NCBI RefSeq assembly: GCF_004010195.1
Contig: NC_057718.1
Span: 39,860,579 to 39,924,578, forward strand
Source: Chiloscyllium plagiosum
Lineage: Eukaryota
Direction of reading: 5' to 3'
Length of the DNA: 64,000 bases
Shown here: one piece after another, positions 1-12,899 of the stretch
Position numbering within the stretch: position 1 is the first letter of the stretch
Layout: every line of letters starts with the position of its first letter
Made by a program: the position numbers and the translations under genes
Notes under the pieces: generated by a model
What the model was told of the DNA's origin: nothing
Seen by the model: only the letters and a program-made list of their open reading frames with translations
Databases searched by the model: none

Positions 1-1450
1 GGAACCATCCTTGGAGCATCGACCCTGTCAGATCCTCTCAAAAACATGCATTTCTAAAAGATCACCCCTCATTCGTCTAAACTCCAAAACAGGCCCAACT
101 TGTCCAAACTACCCTCACAAGATAACACCCTCCTTTGGGAATCAGTCAAGTGAACCTTCTCTGAACAGCTTGTAATGTAATTTTACTCTTTCTTAAGGAA
201 GGAGTCAAAAATGTTTCACAGTAATTCAAATGTGTTCTCACCAATGCTCTATACAACTGTAGCAAAATGTCCCTACATCTGCTCAATTCCTTTTGCAATA
301 AACTACATCATCGCATTTGCTTTCCTAATCACTTGCTATATCTATAAAGCAAAATTTTGATTTCTGTAGCAGGGCTAACATTCTCTCTAGGTTGTCCCCC
401 ACCACACCCTAATCAAAGGGCCTGTGCCTGTGCCCGTGCCCCCAACCCTGCCATTTGTGTGTCCCCAGCATTGACTTCTGGTTTCAGAAACTGCTGCCAA
501 CACATGGACCTCAGGAGTCTGTACAGAAGAAAACTGACTTAGAGGAAACATTAACCATGATACCCAAGTCTGTCTGTACATTCCAGGTTCTGCAATTTCA
601 CTTCATGCAAATCTTATGCTCGTTTTTATTATTTTTACTCAATTGGACAATTTCAGATTTTCCCATATTATACTCCAGCTGCCAAATTTTGCCAACTCGC
701 TGAACTATCTAAATCCTTTTGCAAACTCCTTCTGTCCTCTTCCTGCAAACTTAGTAACCATACATTTGGTCCCATCATTCAAGTCTTTCAGAGATCGTAA
801 ATGGCTGAGACCCCAGAAGCACTCTCTGAGGCACTCCACTCGTCACATTTTGCCAACCCAAAATTGACCCATTTATGTTTACTGTTTACTGTTAACTGCC
901 CAATACTTTACCCACTTAATATGTTACACCAAATGCAGAGAGCTCTTATTTGGTGATGTAATCTTTCATGTGGCACCTTGTCAAATGCAATCTGGAAATT
1001 TAAGTAAAGTATGCCAAAAAGTTCCCCTTTAACGAAGCTACTTGCTACTTCCTTAAATAAATTAGTCAAATATAATTTCCTCTTCACAACGCCATTCTGA
1101 TTGTGCCAAACCGCATTGAAATTTTAAAAACACCCCACTATAACCTTTTTACTCATGCATTCTAGCATTTTCTCTTTAACAAATATTAAGCTAAATGGCC
1201 CATAGCTTTCAGCTTTCTGACTCCACAGTTGCTTGGAAGAAGAGTTACACTGGCTAGTTTTCAATCTGATGATACCTTGCCAGATATCTAAGGTTTCTTT
1301 TGGAAAATTAAAATCAATTTACCCACAACATCAGAAGCCACACCTGTTAGTATCAGAGATGAAGGCATTCAGGAGCTGGGGACTCATCAGCTAACAGTTG
1401 CAATAATCTTCTCATTACCTTTCCTGAAGGAATGTGATTATTTTAAGTTC
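1..1450 (-). mobile_element. Degenerate CR1-clade LINE fragment(s), ORF2 3' half
   Basis: Minus strand near 970-1000 encodes an FQ.AFDKVPH-like RT motif; resembles other CR1 copies in the window. Boundaries approximate. Confidence 0.65.
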
Positions 1451-1499
1451 CTTCCTTGCTGTCACCTTTTAATGCACACTAAGAAGCCCTAGGAAGACT

Positions 1500-2470
1500 G
1501 AGATCAATGGGAAATCGGGGGAAAATCTGCCACTGGTTCAAATCATACCGAGCACAAAAGGAAATTGGTTGTAGATTTTGGGGCCAATCACCTCAGCTCC
1601 AGCACACTGTTGCAAGAATTCCTCAGGATAGAATCTCAGGAGAAACCATCTACATTGTTTCAATGCTCTTCCCACATTAAGACCAGAAGTGAGGATGGTC
1701 ATTGGTGCTGGCACAGCACCATTTTCAACTGCTCAGATATTGAAGCAGTCCTTGACTGCATGCAAGACCTGGGCAGCATTGATGCTCAGGCTGATTTTTG
1801 ACAAGCTGTTTTCAGACCACACGTGTTTGAAACTGACTATTTTCATCAGGAGAGAGTCTCATCACCTCTCTTTGACATTAATTGTCAAATCCCATGCTAT
1901 CAACATCCTGGGGGTCAACACTAACCAGAAGCCTAACTGGACCAACAACACAATGACTGGTCACAGAAGCAGGTTAGGTGCTGGATATTCTGCAGTGAAT
2001 AACCTGTGTCCCAACTCCCCAAAGCCACAAATCCAAAAGCGTGAATCAAGAGCAGAATGAAACATTTTCACTTGCCTGGATGAATGCAGCTCTGACAACA
2101 TTCAAATAGCAGTCGAGCACTATCCAAAGCAAAGTATCCCGCCTGACCAACACCTTTCCTCCATAATTTTAAACATTCATCCTTCCATCACAATGTAGGA
2201 CACAGGGAGGAGTGTACATCAGTTAGACAACGCACTGCAGAAATTCATCAGGTCTTCTTTGACCACACTTCCCAAGCCACTATTGAGAAGAAAAGAAGCA
2301 ACAGACAAAATAACCATTTCTAAGTCCATACTTCTGCTTCACATTATCCTGACTTGGAAAGATGCTCCTCTTCCTTCATTGTTGCTGTGTCAAAATGCCG
2401 GAACTCTCTCATTAACAGCACCGAGAATAGACCTTCGCCAAAAAGGACTGGAGCAGTCCACTGACATCTT
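1500..2470 (+). mobile_element. Old CR1/L2-group LINE 3' fragment (second family)
   Basis: Decayed RT-like sequence; its 3' part (atcctgacttggaaa...gtcaaaatgccggaactc) recurs at about 33700-33830 and 55608-55690. Confidence 0.55.
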
Positions 2471-3899
2471 CACAATTGTCAACTTTCTCAATTTCCAGGG
2501 ACCAAAATTAATTAGAATCCAAGGTGCAAGATTTAATGAAGCACAATTTGTCAAGGCAAATGATCACAGATTTGCTTTCAAATAGAAATTTTTACAGATC
2601 CACTACTACACAATGTTTCAGATATCAAGCAACACCTATCCGTCACCTCTCTCGACTACTCCATTACTTAAATACTATCAGACTGCTTACTTTCTGTAAA
2701 CAAAGTGCAAATTCCACAAACTAAACACTAAGGCAGCCATTGTCTGAGGCCCACACCATGGACTCGTCACTGATTCCATTCTGCTTCCAAACCACTCCCT
2801 CAAACCTGTCCTGAGGTGCCAGTTTGCTGTATATTGTCCCTTTTGTTTTTCACTGCTGCTTTTCTGGCTGCTCAATTGTTATCCCCAAAACAATGTCACG
2901 TCACAGGTCAATTCTCAGAAAATGAATACACATTATTGGGAAATTTCATTACAAATTTCTTTCCCGAAGTAGGTTGGTTTACCTATGGATTAAAAGGGGG
3001 TGTCACAAATGCAAAATTTTTGCAGACAATGGCGTTGGTCACACATCCAACATCACTTGCCTCTCGCATGAATTCAAATCATCTGTCCCCAAATCTCTCA
3101 TCCATACCACTTGGAGATTTGGACTCAATTAATCTTGTGCTACCCAAGCTTGTCTTCCATCTGTCACCCACTGCAAACTTCAGCCAATGAAAGGATGGCA
3201 AATATATCACATCTTGCACCCACAGTGGTTTACCACACTGGTTCAATCTTTATTTTGCTGCATTTGACAACAGAAATCTCAAATTCTCACCCTCATTTTT
3301 TAAATCCATCCATGAGCTCACTCCTCTCTATCTCTCTCCGACTTATGCAATTCTACAATCCTCTGGAATACAAAAGTCAATTTCTCCAATTTTGACAGTT
3401 TGCACACTTACTCTTCTGCTCCACTGCCATACGTGAAATTGTAAATATGTCACTCAACTCATTTATGAAGATATTCTGATGAATATGTTGCGTGCATTAC
3501 TTATGGAGAAGTCCTGATTGTAATTGTAGGCGATTCACTGTTCATAGCTCTGAGTAAGCAAAAGGATTCATGATGGTTTAAAAAAGTGCTCTTGCAATTA
3601 AAGGATGTTTTGCCATTTGTCTTTAGCATTTAATATGGGCCTCAGTGTCCGATGGAAAGCTCACAGATAAGGGGTCAGGTTGGCAGTTTGCATACAGCCA
3701 TGTGCCTGTGTGCAGAACCGTGCATAGGCAGACCTAAGGACGGTAAAAAAAAAGTCAGGACCATGGCATATGGGAGCAGCAGGGAAAATAAGATATTGGA
3801 GAGAATGTGAGGCATCATCACCACATCCAGGCAGCTCCAAGAGACAAGGATCTGGAGCAGCTTGTCTATGATGGCCTAATTTCTAAAGTTTCCATTGGT

Positions 3900-4585
3900 C
3901 TAATAAGAGGACATTGGTAAGGCCACTATTGGAATACTGTGTCCAATTCTGGTCTCCCTGCTATAGGAGGGATGATATGAAATCTGAAAGGGTTCAGAAA
4001 AGATTTACAAAGATCTTACCGGGGCTGGAAGGTTTGAGCTATAGGGAGAGGTTCAATTTCTCTAGAGCGTCGGATGCAGAGGGGTGAACAGGAAGAAGTC
4101 TATAAATTCATGAGGGGCACAGATAGGGTGAATAGCCAAGGTCTTTCCCCTAGGGTAGTGGAATCCAGAAATAGAGAACATAGGCTTAGGGTAAGAAGTG
4201 AAAGATTTAGAAGGGACCTAAGGAGCAACTTTTTCCACACATAGGGTGGTGCGAGTACAGAATGAGCTGCCAGAGGAATTAGTGGAGGCTGTTACAATTA
4301 CAACATTTAAAAGGTGTTTGGATGGTTATATGAGTAGTGTTTAGAGGCATATGGGCCAAATGCTGGCAAATGGGACTAGATTAATTTAGAGAGAAAATGA
4401 GGTCTGCAGATGCTGGAGATCAGAGATGGAAATGTGTTGCTGGAAATGCGCAGCAGGTCAGACAGCATCTAGGGAACAGAAGAATTGACGTTTCGGGCAT
4501 TAGCCCTTCTTCAGCCCTTCTAGATTAATTTAGGATATTTGGTCAGCATGGACGAGTTGGACCAAAGGGTCTATTTCCATGCTGT
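3900..4585 (+). mobile_element. CR1 LINE 3' end, interrupted by a hammerhead-bearing insert
   Basis: LVRPLLEYCVQFWSP-coding stretch and a CR1 3' UTR (ggtcagcatggacgagttggaccaaaggg) shared with 19570-20045 and, inverted, 28812-28920. Confidence 0.85.
4390..4519 (-). mobile_element. Short Penelope-LTR-derived element, family A, with intact minimal hammerhead core
   Basis: 14 bp direct duplication ctagattaatttag at 4376-4389 and 4520-4533. Minus strand 4487-4514 = CTGAAGA-A-GGGC-TAAT-GCCC-GAAA-CG-TC. Confidence 0.8.
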
Positions 4586-5229
4586 GCAGCTCCATGATTC
4601 TATTAATGCATGGCACCAAAATCATTGTCTGTTACCTTTTAGCCTTATTGCAAGAACTCAGTTAAGATCAGGGACCCCGCCTTCTAGAATTTGTAAGCGA
4701 AAGCTGCCAATCACTCCCTCTCCCCTTACTCTTTAAAACTCTCCTTAAAAATCAACTACATGATATAAGTGCCTTAACCTTTACTTGTTCAGCTCAGCAT
4801 CTGTTTTCCTCATACCTCTGTGCCCAGAAACATTTTTCTATTTGAAGGATGTCATATAATTGAAGGTTATTTCATTAATACTCCATTTCATACAAAGAGG
4901 AGCCAGTTATTCTGCTTGTAAAGCCTGTTTCACATTCAATTTGATCATGACTAAAGTCTACCTCAACTATATTTACTCACATTGTTCCATCTCCCTTGAT
5001 ACCCTTATCTAACAAAACTGACTGATACCAGTCTTCAACATTTCAACTGATTCAGCATTCACAGCTTCTATGTTATGCAATTGCATGTTTGCATTGCTTT
5101 TGTATGGGGGAGAAGAGCTTTAGATTTCATTTCTAAATGGTCTGACGCAAATTTTATTTTTATCCACTTCTGGATGTTCTACAAGATGCAATAGTTTCTT
5201 TGTATGAATCATTTTAAAATTTCTCATTA

Positions 5230-6410
5230 GTTTGTGTGTTGATTGAAGTTATGAATTTGGCAACTCACGCAGCCAAGTTCAGCTTTAACGTTGCCATTAC
5301 ACACAAATAGATAGCGTTTCTCTAAGCCCAGCTCTCAAAAACATTGTAGGGTCATGGTTACTCTGATCAGATTTTTGATGCTGCACATGGGGCAAATTCA
5401 CAAAAACACTTTTGGAATGAGCAAAGATTATTCCAAATCACTGTGATGGGCAGGGGATCTCAAAACATTTGGCAGGTGAAGCTAGCCGTTTCATGCTGCT
5501 ACTTGTAACTGCAATACATACTGGTATTCTCCCCTAACGAGATGCTGCTCTGTAGCCAAAGGGATGTTCTAGCCATCACACGAATGGGTACTATGGTACT
5601 AGGAATTTCAGTGCTGATGCATTGCCAGATATGTAATCTGTACATCCCAATGACTGGCAGATCATGTCAAATGGTGCATTCCTTTGTAAGTTTGAAATAG
5701 GCAAAGTATTGACTGTACTCAACCAAGGAATCTGTGTTTGCAAAACTCAAAACATAATGCTCAACATTAGATATGATTCTGTGATTGGGCAGCACTTACT
5801 GAATAATCTCAATTGTGTCAAGAATTACACTAACAACTAACTTAAAGTAATCACTCAGGCTCACAATGCAGCTTACTTACACTTGCTAGAGACTGCATTG
5901 ATTCACAAACAGGGCCAATTCCGCTGAAGGCAAAACAAATTTGTCTAGACATTGCTCATTTCCAACTAAATAAAAGCTTAGCACATAATGTTCCCTGGTG
6001 CATTCTCCTAGCACATTTCAACCAAACTCAACTTGCCACTTTTGAATGTAAACAAGAGGTAACTGGTTCCTCAGACATTTCCACAGCAATGCCTTAATCA
6101 GAATCCACTTGCCAATCAATCACCACCTTATTTCTCATACTATATACAATGTTGTTCCCTTTGAAAAGTTTCAACAGCAAATTTATTTTTTATCAGCAAT
6201 ACCTGCAGATGCTCAATATCTGAAACAAAAACAGAAAGTACTGGGAACACTCAGCTGGTCTGGCACCATCTGTGGATAGAAAAACAGAGTTAGTGTTTAA
6301 GGTCAATGATCCTTCATCAAAATATTCTGATACAGGGTCACTCACCTGAAACATGACCTCTATTTCAGGCCTGGCAACAGACCTGCAGAGCATCTCCATC
6401 ACTTTCTGTC
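5230..6410 (+). mobile_element. Decayed Penelope-like retroelement (RT remnant, GIY-YIG endonuclease remnant, inverted pLTR)
   Basis: Translated remnants IEVMNLATHAAKFSFN...TQID...LSPAL (RT) at about 5240-5345, and EFQC..ARY / DSVIGQHLLNN..CVKNYT...LHLLETA (GIY-YIG-type C-terminus) at about 5600-5945. Followed by a degenerate fold-back LTR-like segment at 6195-6410. Confidence 0.65.
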
Positions 6411-7529
6411 CATAATGGATTGTTGGCATGTATATGAATAAGGTTATTAAAAATAAACAAGGAAGTTATCAGTTGAAACACCCAAAATATATTTTAATCT
6501 CAACTACAGCAACTGTTATATCCTTCTTTGAACAAAAACATTTAAGGTAAATTTTATAAATCAAAAATGAAAGACTTGTACCAAGAATCTCTGTCCATGT
6601 AATGTATTATTTTCATAGTTCCAGGAACTCTCCCTTACAACTTCTCTCCAGGAGCAATCAAATAATTCTCAACGAAAACACAGACAGCACGACATGATTG
6701 CAAAACACTTCTGGTTTAACCTTAATTTGCCATTAGATAAAATTAACAAAACCTCTGTTGTTAAAAGCATGAGTAAACACATACTGTATCGCAGAATTGG
6801 CAAGAACAGCATTTTTATGACACACAGCAAACTTACAGGAAGGTTGTTACACAAACCTGTGCACCACATTTAATGTTAACACATCAATTATGGTATACAA
6901 ACTTCATATTAGAAGGCATTTGGCATAAATGTGAATCAATTATTTTGAACACTGTGTACATAGATTACATGCCATTCATCATGTGCATTTCAAGGTGAAA
7001 ACCAGTCGCATTTTCACTTGATCATCCAAGTAGATATTTCACTAATTTCGTCCTCACATCTGTAGCATCTGACAATCAATGCAGTATGATTCCACGGACT
7101 CTAGTATCTCACTCTAGTAATTCTTACACTCATTTAAGGACAAGTGGTGAATGTATTAGCAGATCTAAAGACTGAGGGGAATAGAAGTTAAGATAGATTT
7201 TGTTTTTGACTGACACATATCCAGTAAGCAAGATTCCTAGCTGAATTTTACTTATCTGTTGGGAGATTTTAAGCCAAGCCAGAGCACTCCATTTGATGCC
7301 TTGCCTGGCATCAGCCAAATAAACAGTAACCTCAGCTTGCGTACTAATACAGATTACACATTTACCAACCACCAGGAAACTTGTGCTACAAATTCAATAG
7401 ACAACCTGGACGTTAAGAGAACCTGAGTGATCCTGGAAAGCAGTGTCCAACTGTTATAAATGCTCATCATGTGTTTGTGTGATAGCCACTTCCCATTGTT
7501 TACCACTGTCGGACTAGTTATTATTTGAA

Positions 7530-7720
7530 ATTGAAGCAGAAAATGCTGAAGACACTTTTCAGTCAAACGAAGGGTTCAGTTGTAGGCACTTTATCAAAAA
7601 TCTTCTCACTACTTGAAATATTAATTAATTTGCTCGCTTACCAGATGCCAACTGACCTATAAAAGATTCTCCAGTATTTTCTGTCTTTGATTCAGAAGCT
7701 CAGAATGTGCATTTTTCTCT
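7530..7720. mobile_element. Very old Penelope-LTR-like fold-back remnant
   Basis: gcagaaaatgctgaagacact...cagatgccaactgacct...ctccagtattttctgt resembles 6195-6410 and 26015-26190. Confidence 0.4.
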
Positions 7721-7776
7721 TTTTGGTAATTATTTGTCTTTAGTCCTTTGAATAGTGATGACCTTTACTCAGTAAA

Positions 7777-8089
7777 GGGCGGCACGGCGGCACAGTGGTT
7801 AGCACTGCTGCCTCACAGCGCCAGAGACCCGGGTTCAATTCCCGACTCAGGCGACTGACTGTGTGGAGTTTGCACGTTCTCCCCGTGTCTGCGTGGGTTT
7901 GCTCCGGGTGCTCCGGTTTCCTCCCACAGTCCAAAGATGTGCAGGTTAGGTGAATTGGCCATGCTAAATTGCCCTTAGTGTTAGGTAATAAGGGGTAAAT
8001 GTAGGGGTATGGGTGGGTTGCGCTTCGGCGGGTCGGTGTGTTTCCACGCTGTAAGTAATCTAATCTAATCTAATCTAATCTAAAAAAAA
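7777..8089 (+). mobile_element. HE1-type tRNA-derived SINE, young copy
   Basis: Box A-like GGCACAGTGGTTAGC, box B GGTTCAATTCC, V-SINE-like central domain (gtgtggagtttgcacgttctccccgtg), (TAATC)n plus A tail; many CpGs retained. Confidence 0.93.
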
Positions 8090-9707
8090 GTCTCATTGTT
8101 CAATGGTCAAATATCATTTGGATTCTAAACATCTAAAACAATAGTGCATAGAGCTTTATAAACACTGATGTTAATTGGTTTCCTTTCCTCTCTGACATCC
8201 CTGGGAAGGTTTTCAGCTCCAAGCCGATTCCTCTCCCAATTTTTAACTATAGAATTATTGCTCACTTGCAGAACTAATTCCATCCCTACAGATAGGACTC
8301 TCCAGCACTGGCTTCTCCTTCTTGTTCTGCACTGTCAACGAAGTCCTCTGTCCCACACTTTAACCCTCGAATTGTTGTCATTTATTTGACTAGGTCATTT
8401 TCATATGTTTAGGAAATCTAGTTTGCTCAATGACTTCTTCCCAATATTACATTTACCTTTGTACTCTCTGCCTCCCCTGGGAATTTGCAATTTCCTTCAA
8501 GTGCATATTGGAAAGACTGAAGTCCATCGATTACGCACCATACCACTAACGCCATCGCTATCCCTGACCAGTCCTTTCAATTTAAATCTAATCAGAAACT
8601 CAGTGTCATGTTCAACCATGAAGCACACTTCAAACTCAACACTCTCTGCCATTACCAATGCGCTCATTTTCACCAATTCAGTCTCACATTAACCACAAAC
8701 ACTCCCTGCGCTACCTCTTATTTTTTTTTCCCATTCTTGGCATCAAAAATAGTACCAAGAGGAGGTCAGGGAGAAAAAAAAACGAGCAGAAATAGTGAAA
8801 TCTGTTGGATAAACAGAATCTAATATCTAAACTGCTTCAGAGCAAACAGGAACTATAGAAAAACCTGAACCCTGCAGAAATCTTACTAAGGCTGCACAGT
8901 CATGATTTTGAGCAACGTGATTTTTGAAATCATTCCAACTGCGAACAGGCATGAGTCAGCTAATTTTGAAAGCAAATGCCACAGCCTAGAAGTTATTGGT
9001 ATAATCCAAGCTCTCATCTTGGCAATTGGGCACTGCTGTCAGAAAAGCAACCAATCTCATAGTAGTCAGGTTTAAATACATTTTAGGCACAACAGTGATC
9101 AAGAAGTCTTCAACACAAGGAGCTGTGTTTTACTTTTGAGAGTGACGTGAGAAAATACAACTTTTTAAAGAAACAAATGGCTTGATTGCCACTTCCAACA
9201 ACTGAGACTCTGCAGGCGTTTTCACTGTAGAAATATTTCCACAACATGTATTTTTAGTGCATTGTGGCCACATTTAGCTTATTATTTACTTGACAAAGGT
9301 GTCCAAACACCATCGACATTCCTATTTTAATGCAATATGACCCGACCTAATTTAAACGCCGTGCTCTCTGCAACCCAAAATCGACAGTTAATTTTCTTTC
9401 AAAACTTGACAGAAGTCTGGAAAGGCTATATCAGATTGGAAATTGGCAAATGTGATTCCGCTATTGAAGGAAGGAGGGTTACAGAAAGAAGTACAGGTTG
9501 TTAACTCATCGTATCTTCAAAGAGTCAATGCTGGAATCGATTATTGAGGAGGTTATAGGTGGGGAAAAACCTCAAAATAATCAGGTTGAGTGTATATGAT
9601 TTTGTTAAACCAAAATCACATTTCATAATGTCTTGGAATTCTTGAGAATATAAACATCAATGTGGAAATGGGAAACTATGAATACTTAGATTTCCAGAAG
9701 ACATTTG

Positions 9708-10283
9708 GAATCATTGAGATGTACAGCACGAAAACAGAACCTTCGGTCCAACTTGTCCATGCCTACCAGATATCCTAAATTAATTTGCCAGCACTTGGCT
9801 CATATCCTTCTAACCCTTCCTCTTCATATACCCATCCAGATGTCTTTTAAACGTTGTAACTATACCAGCCTCCACCACTTCCTCTGGCAGCTCATTCCAT
9901 ATGCATCACCTGTTGCGTGAAAACGTTACCCCTGAGGTCCCTTTTAAATTTTTCCCTTCTCACCCTAAACCTATGCCCTCTAGTTCTGGACTCCCCCACC
10001 CCAGGGAAAAGATCTTGTCTATTTACCCTATCCATGCCCCTCTATCAGGTCACCCCTCAGCTTCTGATGCTCCAGGGAAAACGGCCCCAACCTGTTCAGT
10101 CTTTTCCTGTAGCTCAAATCCTCCAACCCTGGCAACATCCTTGGAGATCTTTTCTGAACCCTTTCAAAAGTTTCACAACATCCTTCCAATAGGAGGGAGA
10201 CCAGAATTGCATACAATATTCCAACAGTGGCCTAACCAATGTCCTGTACAGCCGCAACATGACCTCCCAACTCCTATACTCAA
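9708..10283 (-). mobile_element. CR1 LINE 3' end
   Basis: Reverse complement of the same 3' end seen at 3900-4585; ORF fragment RVQKR..RMLPGLEDLSYRKRLNRLG.FSLE. Confidence 0.88.
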
Positions 10284-10314
10284 CAACCTATATTAATGTC
10301 TTGGAGGAAATGAT

Positions 10315-10405
10315 TACATATAGATCTAATTAACCTATTCAGTGATGTTATTACACACTTCTGGGATAGGTGGGACTTAAATCTGAGCCTCCTGACCCAC
10401 GGGAT
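10315..10405 (-). mobile_element. Short SINE-like fragment (second SINE family)
   Basis: Reverse-complement similarity to 58155-58256 (gaggtgtgtaataacatctctgaac..gttgattaga). Confidence 0.5.
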
Positions 10406-11313
10406 TGCATATATAGTTCTAAATTTGCTGATGACAAAGATATATAGGAAAGCAAACTGAGAGGAAAACAAAAGCAATCTTCAAAAGGGATATTGACAGC
10501 TTAAGTCAGTAGTCAAAAATTTGGAGATGGAGCATGACGTGGATAAAGTGTAAATTTATCTACCCTGGTAGGAAGAATAGAAAGGCAGCATACTATTCAA
10601 AGAGAAAGAGATTGCAGAGCTTGGAAGTACAGAAGGATCTGGGTGCCCTAGTTCACGATTCACAAAAAAAGGTGATATATGGCTACAGAGGGAGATTAGG
10701 AAGAAAATGAATATTGTTGATAGTGAGTGGAATGATATATAAAAGTAGGAATGTTATGTTGCAGTTGTACAATGAGTTGGTGAAAACTCTTTACCATTAC
10801 TTAAACAAGGATAGAAATACAATAGAAGCTAGTCAGAGAGGTTTAAATGAGCTAAAGTGACATGAGGAAAGTTATCTTCTAAGAAAAGATTGGACAGCTA
10901 GGTTTATATCCATTACAGTTTCGAAGACCGAGAAGTGACTTTATAAAAACATACAAGTTCCAGAGGATACATGATAGGGTGGATGCTCCAAAGATGTTAT
11001 CCTTGTGGGGCAGACTAGAATTGGGGCACCCAGTTTAAAAATGAGGTCTAATCTCCATTTCAAATGAGAAGAAATCTTCTCTCTCATTTAAAATGGAGAT
11101 TAGACCTCATTTTTCAAGAGTTCTAAAGAGTCTCAAACTTCTGAGAGAAAGAAGATTTCTTCTCTCTCAGAGGTTTGAGATTCTTTAGAACTCTCTTCCC
11201 AAGAAAGATATGGGGGGCAAGGTATTGAATATTTTCAGGCAGAGGTCGAGATTCTTGACTAACATGGGAGTCAAAGGTTATCTTGGGGTTAGGCAGGAAC
11301 ATGTGGTTGGAGC

Positions 11314-11402
11314 TGAAAATGTGTTGCTGGAAAAGCGCAGGTCAGGCAGCATCCAGGGAACAGGAGAATCGACGTTTCGGGCATAAGCCCTTCTTCAGGA
11401 AG
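11314..11402 (-). mobile_element. Family A hammerhead-bearing short element, intact core
   Basis: 14 bp duplication catgtggttggagc at 11300-11313 and 11403-11416. Minus strand 11371-11398 = CTGAAGA-A-GGGC-TTAT-GCCC-GAAA-CG-TC. Confidence 0.8.
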
Positions 11403-12189
11403 CATGTGGTTGGAGCCATGGTCAGATCAACTGTGAATTTACTGAATTTTCAAGCGACCAAATAGCCAACTGGTGTATGCAATTTGCATACTCACTTCTC
11501 TAAATTATGAACTCATTCGTGTAATTTTGATACTCACTTCGCAACATGCACGCACACACTTCAAGAAGTTAGTACTGCCTACATAATGCAGAACCGCAAA
11601 GCACACACACTCCCTATTAAACATATTGGGAAATGATGTACTGAGGAAAATAAGTCTCAAAACTTGATTAGAATAAAGCACATTGATCCTTCTAACCATC
11701 ACCAGTCTTACATGACCGCATATATGCACTAAAATGTTCTCTGATAACATCACTTTTCTGAGAAAGGCTTTGCTGCAGACCTATATCTAATATCTTGTCC
11801 ATTAGATCTATATTTACCTATCTTTGAACAGAATTCTGAAAGTAGAACATCCACAGCTCCTACAATCGCATGATGATTTGATTGCACGTTCAGAAACTTG
11901 TGCATATATAAAGAAGTTGGCATAAATAAGCTGTAGCAATTGTACAAGAAGTCTGTACAATGTATTGGCATGAATATATGAAAAATATATACTTTTGCTC
12001 AAAAAAACACCCATAGTGTTGACAGCAAGAAAGCTCACTCTGACAACTAATTGCAAAATATCAATTATAACAAAAAAAAAAGGTGCCAGGATTAGCAGCC
12101 TAACTTGATACAACAACTCCTAAAATGTATTATTTACCCTTAACTGATTTGCTCACAATCACTGTGATCTTTTGCATAGAGTGATACAA

Positions 12190-12732
12190 AGTGTTTTGAG
12201 GAAGTAATCAAAAAGATTGATAAGGACAGAGCAGGAGATGTTATTGACTTGGACTTTAGTAAAGCCTTTGATATGGTTCCACATTGTAGACTAGTTAGTG
12301 AAGTTAGATCACATGGGATTTAGGGTGACCCACAAAATTGGCTTAATGGGAGGAGATAGAGGGTGCATGTGGAGGGCTGTTTTTCGGACTGTACATCAGT
12401 GTTTCACAGGGATCGGTACTGGGTCTACTTTAGTTTGTCATTTGTATAATTGATTTGAGTGAGAATATAGGATGTATGGTAAGTAAGTTTGCAGACAACA
12501 CTAAAATTGGTGGTACGAGACAGTGAAGAAGGTTATGTAAGATTTCAAATAGAACTTCAACTGACTCAATGAGGAGTAGCAGATGGAGTTTAATTTGGAG
12601 AACAAACAAAGGCAGGATTTATACAATTAATGGTGGGGCCCTGGGTAATGTTGTAGAATAGAGACACCTAGGGCTTCAGGTATATAATTCTTTGAAATTT
12701 GCATCACAGGTAGACAGGGTGGTTAAGAAGGC
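12190..12732 (+). mobile_element. CR1 ORF2 fragment, left part (host of the L1 insertion)
   Basis: LDFSKAFDMVPH and VSKFADNTKIGG motifs; the sequence continues after the L1 at 18421. Confidence 0.85.
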
Positions 12733-12899
12733 GGCGATCTGAGAAGATCACACTGCAGAGCTTCGCATCGCAGCAGGAGCAGGACGGTTCTTTAACCCAC
12801 CCAACCCAGGTCATCAGGATTTCTTGGGGCGTTGGAAAGATTGTGCAGCCCCAAGAAACATTTAAAAATTGACTTTCCTGTATTTTCAGCTGTTCAGAA

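Larger units (their letters stand above)
9410..11470 (+). mobile_element. Old CR1 LINE with nested insertions
   Basis: Decayed ORF2 motifs (YLDFQKTF at about 9683, SKFADD at about 10418). Interrupted by a minus CR1 3' end, a SINE fragment and a family A insert. Confidence 0.65.

Noticed and set aside
2740..3370. Possible L2-type LINE remnant
   Set aside because: Only vague compositional similarity; no motif I can cite.
7777..7850. tRNA genes at SINE heads
   Set aside because: Box A/B are followed by SINE body and tail, occur in many diverged copies and lack a full cloverleaf.
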